A stretch of 64,000 nt of DNA from Oopsacas minuta (Eukaryota; Animalia; Porifera): positions 1,194,619 to 1,258,618 of the forward strand of contig JAKMXF010000111.1 of assembly GCA_024704765.1 (NCBI GenBank). Direction: 5' to 3'. Shown one piece after another: positions 26,141 through 37,840 of this stretch. Within the stretch, counting starts at the first letter, position 1; every line of letters starts with the position of its first letter. The notes beneath the pieces were generated by a model, which was not told the DNA's origin, did not search any database, and saw only the letters and a program-made list of their open reading frames with translations. The translations under genes were made by a program, and so were the position numbers.

Positions 26141-28773
26141 CACAGTAAAGAAGAATATGAGGCCCGAATTACAGATGAGAAAGGTAGTATTAAAGGTGTT
26201 CAGATAGAACAGAAGATAGAAATTACAAAAAGATCCTATTTCTATTTCTATTAGCTATAAATATCTAAATATTGATAGTATTAAATCAGCCAAAATTCGA
26301 AATGAATTAATTGATTCCTCTGAATGGATGTCTTTAAGATATTTTGAGTTAGTAACAATATTTTACAATTTATTTCAAAAACATTTTACTGTTCTTGAGT
26401 GTACAAGCATTGAAATTTATCACAGAACTGGATATCCAATGGTTACAAGTCCAAATGATTATTTTAAATTAGTCCAAGAATTTTGTGAAGAAGATTTTAA
26501 ATTTGTTTTTATTTTACCAAAAAGGCTTTTCAAATATAATTTTAATCCATCAAGCTCGAATAAACGTAGATCAACTTATACCCATTACCAATCACATCTT
26601 ATTCAAATATCCCATCAAGATTCTCGATCAAAATATGAAATCAGAATATTCCTCAATACTACTATTCTACGTGTTGATGAGTTAAAGTTTGAATGTTCTA
26701 AGAAATTCCACTTACCATACTCCTCTATTTCAATCAATCTTGGACTTCCTGACCAAGGTGGTATGGAATATAACTTAGAAGATAATACAAGTATCCACAT
26801 TGACAACATATTGAATGGAGATTTCAAATTGTATGTAAGTGTTGGTGAGTATTTTTGGGAACCAAATTATTTTAACAGTTTCAAGTTTGATTATTATTTC
26901 CTATTACTGAACTTACTGCTGACACACTAATCTATACCAATATATATTTGCTATTCCTTGCCAGAGAAGCTCATTTGAAGAGTTCATTAGATACAGTTAC
27001 TAGTTGTTTAGGTCTGCTACGGAAGATTTCTTGTTCCCCTCCTCTTGTTTATTCATTGAGGTTACTCTTTAATCAAAAACCCATTACACTCCCTCATAAG
27101 ATTGCAATTATTGAAGGATTGATTACTACTATAATGATGTTGAAATCTCATAGTAAATATATGAAACAATTCGAATTATCCTGTTTATGGCTCTATTTGT
27201 GTAGAAAGAGTGATGCATTTAATTTTGAAAGTGAACAAAAGGAAATTAATTCAAAAACGAACCCTAAAAATCAAATATTCAAGGAAACTGATCTTGATAA
27301 GTATAGAGAGTCTCCTCATATCAAATACGATTATACTTCATTCAGACGAAACAGGTATTCTCAATCCAGCTTAAATCCAACCATTTTTCATCACCCTATT
27401 GATTTATACCGGGAGTATCTAATGACTAGGCATTGCAATGGGTTAACTAAAATACGATATAAGAATGGCATAGAAACACCATTTGTATTCTATGGTTTTT
27501 CTATCAAGTCTAATACACCGACTCTTAATTGTTTTTCTCCTCTCCTTGGAGAGATTTCATTTGATCCTTATGTAGTCGGTAGTTGTGAAATATTGAATGT
27601 TAGTAATTATTCTAAGATATTAATTATCCTAGATATCAGTTATGATATGAACAATACATTAGATGGTCTTAATTCCATCCCGGATACTATCTCTAAAGAC
27701 AATGTATTCTATCAACTGGATACAGCTCTCTTCTTGATTGAGATTATTATAGATACATTAATTAGTAAGAATTTAGAATATTTATTGGGAATAACTTTAG
27801 TGTCCAATGACCATGGATTTGAAAATGGATATTTGGTATTTCAGGATTTGACTATTAAGTATAATCATTCTATTCAAGAATTACGAAAATGGATTCGAGC
27901 TACTACCCCTGAAATACCCACAAAAGAACGCTCTTCGCAAGGAGGTATATGTGGTGCTCTTGATTATTATTTGGCGAAGAAATATAATAATACAGAACTA
28001 TTTATCTTTACTAACCATAAATATATTGAACGTTTCTATGGAAGTAGTGTCCATCGTATCGAAACGGATATCTTGATGACGTCATATCGGTAAACACTAT
28101 TATGTTTGGGACATTAGGTGTGAGGCTTGAAACTTTATGTAAGAAATCACAAGGATCTTTAATTAATAGAGATTCTTTCTTCAGTAAGTCTGCCAGAGAT
28201 TCGAAAGACCCTATGTATTACTTCTGTCAATTCCGAGAATATGTTAATCGTACCAGAAAGTTACTTATTGGTACGACAAATCCTGATCAACTGTCTAGTT
28301 TTAAAGATATTTACAGTCAGTACAGGAATCGTTTGTCAAAGCAGAAGATTCCATTAAACGTAAGCATGATTCCTCCAATCAACACTACCAAGTAATTTCA
28401 TCTATCCTACACACTATTTCTCAATATTTGAGTAATCCTAATCCTTTTGTATCTATCTACTCAGTAGATGACGATGTAACAAATTGGTTGTTGTCCTCTA
28501 ACTAAAGAACTATATCACAATCCTGTTATATCTCCTGATGGAAACATTTTTGAAAGAAGTGCTATCTTAAAAAGTTTGAAAATTTCCCAGACAGATTTCA
28601 TCTCCAATAACCCGTTGACTGAGGAATTCTTATTTCCAAACTATGCTATTGCTGATTGTGTTGTAAAATATAAAATGAACTGTGTAAAATTCTGCAATGT
28701 GAGTATATATGTATATCTGTATATGAGTATATCTGTGTATGAGTATATCTCCTCTAATTTAGTAATTTGTTAA
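26141..28773 (+). pseudogene. Gene A2: copy of A1 lacking the SAM exon and the E2 core
   Basis: Aligns to A1 from its acceptor onward. Indels near 26225, 26899, 28089 and 28338; a 425-bp deletion at 28491/2 equivalent to A1 18349-18773; U-box retained. Confidence 0.8.
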
Positions 28774-29584
28774 TGGCTTGCTATTTTGAATATTTATTGA
28801 GTTATATATGTTTTATAGATTTTATCCTCTGAATTAACATTTGTACGTTTGTTATGTTTTGATATATTCGTTCCTGCCTCAAAATGGTTGGGATCGGAAC
28901 TCATTCGTGATGATTTCTTCATTTGACATACTTGTGACTCCGGTGTCAAAGGGAATAATGTTACCCCGAACATTATTCCCTAGTGAATGATGTTTAGGTA
29001 GCATCATTTCCTAGGAAACCCTGTTTCTCCGAGTGTTTCCCCTTGTACACTTAGGAACACGTAAGCGGGTCAAGGAAACTTCCAGCCACCCTCGCAGGGC
29101 CAAGATCCAACGATAATCCAATGAAAATCCAGTTCAATCAACAAAATAGTGAGTTAGAAACACACTTCGCAACACATGTGCGGGTCAAGGAAACGTGAGG
29201 TATTCTGTACAGTATTCCGTAATCATAACCAGACGTCCTCTGGTTATGCATTGGGACGTACGGTTAATTGCTATTTAATAATATAGATTATTTCACTATG
29301 AATTATACTTACTTAAAATCAACTATATCGTGCCAACCTGAGGGAAGAAGATTTCCTATTATTTTTTCGGCTAGTTGAAGATTTCTCAATCGTCTTTCCT
29401 GACAAACAACCCATAAACCTAATCACTCAATAGTTATACACCAAAATTATACAAACATAAAGAGCTAATAGAGTTCAATCACACATCCTATCAACCTAGT
29501 ATCTAAAGCACTGCTGTTGTAAATATCAAATCTTAACTAAATTTGCATGCATATTCTAAATAAATAATAGAATCTTTGATCTGT

Positions 29585-32500
29585 TCATAGATCGGATAGC
29601 TTTGAGCGAAACTCTTTGATGCCTTCTATGACTGCATAGTTAGGAAAAAGTTGTTCCTTTGTTAACGACTTGAATGAGAAAGGATCTTGATTAGCAACAG
29701 TTTTAAGGTACTCTTCAATTGCTTCTTTTTCATAAGTGTGACCATAGATAGTAATAACTGGTTCTCTGAAAAGACCGAGAGTTAACGGGCAAGTGAACTG
29801 CCCATGATAACAATTTTTGATATCAGGATTACCCCCTAGTATCTCAATACGAACATCTCGTTTAGTTTTGTGCCTTGCGTGTGTTTGTGTGAAATTTCTT
29901 GCCTCCTTCTCATACTCCTGTTTATTTGAGCTAAGCAAAGCAGCCTTGTAGCTATCTAGTGGATCATCTGGAGTAGCTTCAAGAAGTAATCCGTACACGT
30001 AATTCAATATCTCTCTAATTTTCATCTCTGGTGAGTAAAACCTATCTAGGACCTTATGACATATCCTCCCAGCACTGTTAATATTACAATGATATATAGG
30101 AGTGATGAACCTGATATTTGGAGGTTTATTTGGATAATCTTTTGTAAATTCTATGTATAAACAGAATATTCCTTTTCATATGGAGTTCCTTCTGGTGCTT
30201 CTAACATCAAGTGCCAGAAGTCAACAGCATCACTACATGGAAATATTTCAAAGTCTGGGTGAGGATTTGTTTGTAGATAAGCTAGCTCTTTAATTATCTC
30301 CTTGTAACTTCAGCACTAACTTGTGAAGATATTATTTTATGCATTACCGCATTTACTAAGCATTTTAGGGATGTTTGAAACGAGCTTGCCAGCTTGTCTG
30401 GGTGTCTGAATTCTGGATTAGTATCAAATGGATTAATAGAGATTCTTCAATACTAATATCCAAGTGATTCTTATATTTCCTACAAGCTAAATTTAACATT
30501 GTTTCAAATTCAAATATGTTTGATAGTTCCTTTTGGTCCTTTGGTTGAAATGACAATCCACCTGATATTTTGGCTATAGCATGGGTATTAACTTTACCTC
30601 CACATAGTAACACGCTATCCATCACTATATTGTTGCTTATCAGAGAGTTTGATGCATTACTAGGTGATATTTTAGATGCATTATCACCACCAGATGTTAA
30701 ACATAATATTCTTGCTTTTAGAGTATTAGGGAAACTGTGTTTCAATTTGAAGGAGTTAATATGCCCAATGGTAAAGATAATAGCATCATAAATCGCGGTA
30801 CTACCTTTGTTTGGGAATGATCTAATCTCTTTAGAAAAGTGTCTGAATGACTCAGTTAACTCTAATTCCAATTTAGATGTACCTCCAAATATCACTAATC
30901 CAATCATGTTTTTATAATTATAAGCTGTAGTACGATTACAGAACTGTTCGAATCCAGTCATTGCTAATTCATACTTGGATTTGTTTGCGAAATATTGTGA
31001 ATCCATTGACCTACTTGTATCCAATACCACCATTATGATTTCTTCTATTTCATTTAGTGGACGAGTTATAGTTGTGAGATCTACAGTTGTGTTTGTAGCT
31101 ATAGTATCCGAGCCTTTTAGTAGTTTATCATACTGAGAGTAATTCCCCTTTCTTAATGTTTCACCTAAATCATCAGCATCAAAATTGAAAATATTTCCTC
31201 CTAGAGGATCAAATCCTTCATAAGATTTACTATCATCCTTACTACCTCCAATATAGTTACAAACCATTCCATTTACACCAAGAATCATACAAGGAACTGG
31301 ACAAGTATGATCTTTAAGAGCTAAGGGTGATTGAATGCAGAGAAATTTCATTTCTGACCGTTTTGTTATAATAGTGTTCCATTCTCTTGTTAAATCAACT
31401 TCATTGATTACCATAGATTTTTCTTTCCATATCTGAACCTCAAAGCCTGAGAAGCATTTGATTATCCTGACATATTCTGGAAGAGGTTCGAACATTTCGT
31501 TATTAATTTTTCCAGTATAATTTGCTTTGTCAACTATGTGAGGAATTCCTTCACTATCCATCACTCTTTTAGGATCTCTCATGCGATTATTCTTAACACT
31601 ACAGCAAAGATCGAAATTTGAATATTCCTCTGTTCTGCTGCTATGATATTCTTTTGCAAATTCAATGAAGTAAGCCCAAAAATTGGTGGATTCTTCTAGG
31701 ATTTTATTCTCTTGAATGGTAATGGAGCTATTAACATCTCCTTTTAGCTGTTTCGGTCCTATTGACTTATATACCAACATCAGTACCTCTTGAATGGCAA
31801 CTCTGTGTGGTAGAGTTAAACATTCTTTATTGAATAATAGTTTTAGTGCATGGATTAATGGAGCACATCCTGTAATGCTTCTAATATGGCCAAGAACATT
31901 GGTTCGAATATTTAACGGTTGTTTTCTAATCCATATAGAAAGTGTGTAGAGCGAAGCGAAAAACAAACTTTTTCCATAAACCGTTTGAGAATCATTCCAT
32001 GAAGCTAAACATGCACCAGCAAAGAAATTCTGATCCCAGGATGATAACCAAAATTCACTTTCTGGTGTTATCTCTATCACAGATTGATCTTTAATATCAT
32101 ACTCTGTCAAAAGTTTTTCTCTATTTTCGAGTTTGACTTCCTTATCCTTAGAGATAACTTTTAATTTGAAACATGTCAGTGGGAGAGATGTCATTTGATG
32201 AATGATATTCGTTAGTTCCTTCACTTTTACTTTATTACAGTTAATACCAACCTGTATCGGTCCAAATCCTACCTCCTCATTTTGAAAGAATATCATATCT
32301 TCTTTTTCATTTATCCCTTTCGTTACCGACTTATTTATACTTGAAACTTTTTTATCCTCTTCCGTGAATATTTTAGGCCTGGGTATCGCGTATAGCAAAA
32401 TTGGGTCATACGTCTCAAGACACCAATCACTCAACTTAGAAATATAGCTAGATGGATTAATTGCTAGAGGATATCCTTCACGAGTATAGAGTTCTATTGT

Positions 32501-34680
32501 AAGGTTGTTTCCCAAATTCCTGTGTTCTTGTTCACAAATCATGTTAACCAAATCAAAATAATAGTTCTTTTCGCTGTCAAATGTAACACTCAAATGGTTT
32601 ATTTGTGGTTTGAGCTCTGTCATTATTAGCTGATAGGATATTCTTAAGTTACAACGGATTCTCTGTTGAGATATTATCTTTTTCAATTTTCCTTGATCGA
32701 CAGTTGTGGGACTAAATGGTACGCCAGTGGTTTGTAGCTTAAGAGGAGGGCTCATCGGAGACGCCTGTCGGAAATTTATTTAATTATTACAGCTTCCAAA
32801 ATATTTGTTGATTAGGCCATGTAATGTATATTCTTGTTTCTCATCCCCTCCCGTCCGAGAAGATTTTATTTAGCATTTTTCCAAATTTATGGATAATTCT
32901 TTGGTCACCGATTGTGCAATCCATATTTTACTAGTACTTGTATAGTTGAATAAATTAATAATTTTAATGCTGAGAGGGAACGTGATGAGCAGGATATATT
33001 CCTAAGTATAAAAGTAAGGAAAGGCTTCAAAGTATTGCCCCCTCCACAAACTTGCTCCTCTTATGTAGTATAACCGGCGCCTGTTTTAATGTCCTAGTTT
33101 CCCACAACTTGTCTACATCTACATCCTTTGAGATACAATATATTTTCATTACTTGTGGAAGCTTCCGAGTACAAAAACGTTGATACTATCATAATTAGAA
33201 CTTTTAAGTTGAAAATTTGAAGGAATATAAGAATTCCAACATGATAACGATATTTACACAAAATAGGAGAATACAAAAGTATATTACTTGTTCATAACAT
33301 ATTGAATTATAATTTCTAAACTGAAAAATCTATCTTAATAATCCAAATATTTCCATAAAGAAGCGACTTCGCATTCCCCTGGAATTTAAACTAAGGGAAC
33401 GACATCCTCCCCAATATACCCCTGTTGATGAGATGGTCAAAATATTTACATATTAACTGGACTATAAAAATACAAGTAAATACAGTCCGCGTCCCATTTC
33501 TGAAGAAATTCCCGATGAGAAACAAGTAACTTATTTTCCATAACCTAAATCAGCGTACTCTATTACCCAGCATAACAGTTGAAACCAATGAGAAACTTGG
33601 AAATTCGAAATTCGGAAAAATGAGACCTTAAATGGAGGCCATTCGTTAACTCGAACAGATTTTCAATTCCCTTGAGGTTCGAGTTACCGAGTTTGGAGTT
33701 GTTGACTGTACTATCGTCATATACAATTAACATACATTCCATAGGTACTAACCGGAAACTGGGGTGAATAATAATCAGGGTGACCATTTCCTCATTCGTA
33801 AAAAAGGACATTTAATGATAAAGAATTTTCATTTATAGTTATTACGATGATTAGCTATGCTTGCTTATAGCGCTATTTTTCCACATTAATTGCGGCCATT
33901 TTAAGGAAATCCAGTGGGATGTTCTAGAAATACGATTTATTGAGTGCTAGTCTGGTTTGAAGCCTCAATAAAGGAAATTATTAAAAGCAAAAATACAGGA
34001 TTATATTTAGGGGTCTCCTGCCCAAATCGATGTTTTGAGAAGTTGCACGTTTGGAGCCTACTCCTTTCCCCAATCAGAATCGTTGACAACTTTTCTAATG
34101 TGGGGAGAGCTATTTCTTAGTGGCCATAAAGGTTTATATTAATAGTATAGTAGAAAAACTGAGCCCCCTTGTCTACGGTCTTGCCATTATTTGACCTAGT
34201 ATGGTGTGTGTACATACTACTCTTGAGTTTAAAGAAGTTTGTATGAAAATTAAGTACAGTCAACATCCACTAACTTTAATGCTCATTAACTCGAACGATG
34301 TTCACTCCCATTCGTTGTACTTTTACTACTTATCGTATCCGTTAACTCGAACATTCGCTATTTTGAACAGATTATGATTTCCCTTGAGGGTAAGAGTTAT
34401 TTACTGTATGTCACAAAAGCACAAAATCTCTCAATTAATATACTTATTGCTAATATAATATTTAGTGACTTACCTTTCTTATTTCTTCATTTACTTTTCG
34501 TTTAAACCGTCCAATTTCAGCTGGTTTCATCCCCATTTTTACAAGCTCATCATCTGGAATATCTTGAAGGTCTTCCAGTTCTTCAGCTCCTAGATCGAGA
34601 ATATGTTCTCTGTATTTGGCCAAACGGATCTGTTTTAAAAATGTATCCATCTCTGTCTCAGGGGTACAATTTGACGCCAT
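29585..34680 (-). CDS. Gene B2: SAM - Ubl x2 - helical region - VWA - E2/UBC - U-box; complement(join(29585..32764,34474..34680)) with three 1-nt deletions
   Basis: Paralog of B1; open for 796 aa, then -1 indels near 30431, 30299 and 30173. E2 YHCNINSAGRICHKVL and the U-box are intact when the frame is restored. Confidence 0.82.
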
Positions 34681-35067
34681 GAGTTATCACGGGAATTCAG
34701 GAAAATTGTGTATCTGCATTTCTGATTATCATTTACGTGTACTTATACTTTAGCTGATGTACATATACAAATAATTCTATAGTAAAGAAATTCTATCTTA
34801 CCAGTTCTTATTGTCAATGGGAGGGATTAGGACGTATATTAAATGGTACTTTATGTGTTTATTACATATTATAATTTTTCCTAAATCACATATGAATAGT
34901 GTTCTATTAGCATCGACGATATACGACAACTGTGCCGTCTGTCGAATACGTAGGATAGCGCTAGTTGCTAAGAACTTCAACTTGCATGCTTGCAACATCT
35001 TTTACCTATTTATTTGATTAAAAATCAATAATAGCTTATAATAGCTATAAAGTAGAATAGTTAGCTG

Positions 35068-36235
35068 ATGAACACTGTATTGGCTCGATTGAATGCAATA
35101 TTTGCATTCTCCCTAACTGTCCTTGCAGTTTGCGCTTTCCTCCTATTCATTACTTCAATACCTCTGAACAATTTTCTAAATGACGTCACTATTCTACCTA
35201 GTCAGGTGAAAGTACGTAATGTTAGAGAGTTCCCTCGGTCTCCTGTTACGTCAGACCTAGGCTATCTGGTGTTTGATCTGTCAGCTAACCTGTCAGGTCT
35301 CTTCCATTGGAATTGTAAAGAGGTGTTTCTCTATCTGACAGCTGAGTACCAAACTGAAGATAATACTTTGAACCAGGTTAGTCATTTTCTTAGTTTTGTT
35401 GTTGATAGATATTTTCTATATGTTATTGTTTAGTATTTATATAGTTATCAGACGCAGGTAGTTATTATATTTTCATCATTGAATAGATAAAATGCATAAT
35501 CACATATAAACCATGTACTTGTATCTATTCATTAATTCTCCTCACATGATACTGGGGTATTGCATGACAGGCCGCAACTAAGGCATTTTAGGTGGCCACG
35601 CGCCAGGGAATTATACAATTTATTCGGAGCTCGCACCTAGCACTCCTCTCAAATTTCATACACCTAAATCAGTAAGTTAGTGTTATGGTAAACGTAAAGG
35701 GAAAGATCTTCAATTTTCATGCTCCCAATATAATACGCCTATTGCAGTGTACGGCGCTCCTTGATAAATCCTTGACACGTGGCCACCCAGTTTCGACTCC
35801 ATCCTAATACAAAAAGTATAGGCGGGTGGGCATGTCGCCATATTTCCCACCCAGATTCAAGAGCCTAGTTGTGCCAATATTGTATAATAATATAATTTTA
35901 GCAGCTAGCGGCAATTCCCTAGTTTCCTAGCTACCCCGATTAATATTTGGTTACAATTCAATGCTCGAGTGGCGATTAGGCTACTATTCGAGATAATACA
36001 GTATTCTATCTAGATTATACTCTGGGATTCAATAATCCTCAGACATGGAAACTTACTTCTTGATTATCGTAATATGAATACCAAGTATCCTTTCTTTGAT
36101 GATGGACACGGTCTGAGGGGTAGAAATATTTCTCTAATTTTATCTTGGAATACTATACCTAATGCTGGTATGTTACCTATGTACTCTACTGATAGAGACC
36201 AAGTACGATTCTCATTTCCTAGATTGTATGAGTAG
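35068..36235 (+). CDS. SPCS3: Signal peptidase complex subunit 3, copy 2; join(35068..35376,36014..36235)
   Basis: Nearly identical to copy 1 (one K>R change seen, GLKG vs GLRG); intact splice sites and stop. Confidence 0.95.
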
Positions 36236-37840
36236 CTTATTAAACGGTTATATGTTTGGTGTAATTATTTATTCATAATCCTTCTAATCCAGTGTATAAT
36301 TAATTACAATAGGCTACACGTAATGAGCCACATCGCATCGGGTCAGGCCATTTTGGCCCGATTAAGCTGAATAAAGGCGTTGGTCCAATTTATTAACAGG
36401 AGTTATTTAACACTATTTATATGATTCTGTTTCTGGCAATATGACCGACCTAATTAACCGGGGAATCAAATAAGCAGAGTCTAGTGCGAATTTTGAAATA
36501 TATTATAGAGTATTTTGCACATTTTTTCACATTTTATGAATTATTTGTTGAATATAATTGTGGTCACCTGCTTGGTTCTCTCTTAATTGGGACAAACATC
36601 CTAGAACTAACGTATCTCGATTAAGCTGATTCGGCTGGACTAATTAATTGAATGATTTTTAAATGAAGTGCATAAGAGCTAGCTAGTAGAGTAGATATAT
36701 TATGGTTTGGGACATAATTTGATTCGAAACCTCTTTCATCAGCTTGTCATTTCCTGAATGTACGTTTACAGTAAATACATATGTGATGTGTGTTCGCTCC
36801 CTAATGTGATATTTTATTTGTGATTTGAGTTTATTTGAACTTAATATAATTGTATTAATACAATTGCAGGAAGTTATATACATCCATACAAACGTTAATT
36901 CATACATAAAATATGCTAAGGGAGATGTTAACATTATTGGTTTATACATTTCTCTAAATGCTATTTCATGGCTCTGAAACGCAAAATTCAAGGGCGGGAC
37001 GGATAGCACCGTCAGTCACGAAATATACTGTATATGTATTCCAACAGGGCAAAATTCTTAAATGATAAGTTTAGTGAAAATAACCAATCCTTTCATAAAC
37101 CTTCCATTACATGTCTGACAGTCTGACAGCCAGTCTACAATATGTTCGATAGTATGTGGAGGAAGTAGTAAGTAGTAAGTATTTATCAAATAGTTTGTCA
37201 ACAAATATGTGTGTTTTCTTTCCGGTTAATTAGTTAAAATGATGGCAAAAGTTTCACTAGATCAAAGTGAAGTCAATACTTTGGTGAGTCTTGTGTATGT
37301 TTTCTAGTAAGAACAATATTTAGAAGATGCATAAACCAATAATGTCCAGATCTCCCGCGGTAGATGTTAACATGTTCCAAATATCAACATCTCCCTTAGG
37401 AAATATAAGTTTACAACATAAGTTACATTAGTAAATATTTGAAGCAAGGTTGAAACCAAACATGAATTATTCGCTTTGAAGTATACACTCCTTTTATACG
37501 TATTTATAATATTGTATGGTAGTAATTATAAATAGTGACACAGATGGCACAAATAATTATTTTCAATCACTTCCTCAACACAACTTAGCTATTATTAAAG
37601 TGTTAATAGAATTGACTTCCTGCTACCACATAAAGTGTCTTCAGAAGACTGATTAGACAATATATATAATGAATACAACTTGAAGAATAGTATAATTTTA
37701 CATTTTATTATACTACTCAGTGTCAAAGTACACCTGTGGCTGAAAGTTACTCCTTAATCGTACAATACGTATATCCATAATCTACAAAGTGGTCGTTATT
37801 ACTGTCTAGTAGGCATATACATTCTTCTACAGTTAAATAC

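Larger units (their letters stand above)
15760..36281. repeat. Tandem segmental duplication of [A, B, SPCS3], two units of about 10 kb (junction near 25899)
   Basis: Matching positions 16309/26439, 19828/29585, 24054/34440 and 25899/36281; the A-B intergenic region is also duplicated. Confidence 0.92.

Noticed and set aside
15486-34680. Bacterial E2-based defence system (CBASS Cap2-like) or contamination
   Set aside because: The genes have spliceosomal introns, have no E1, JAB or cyclase partner, and are interleaved with SPCS3.
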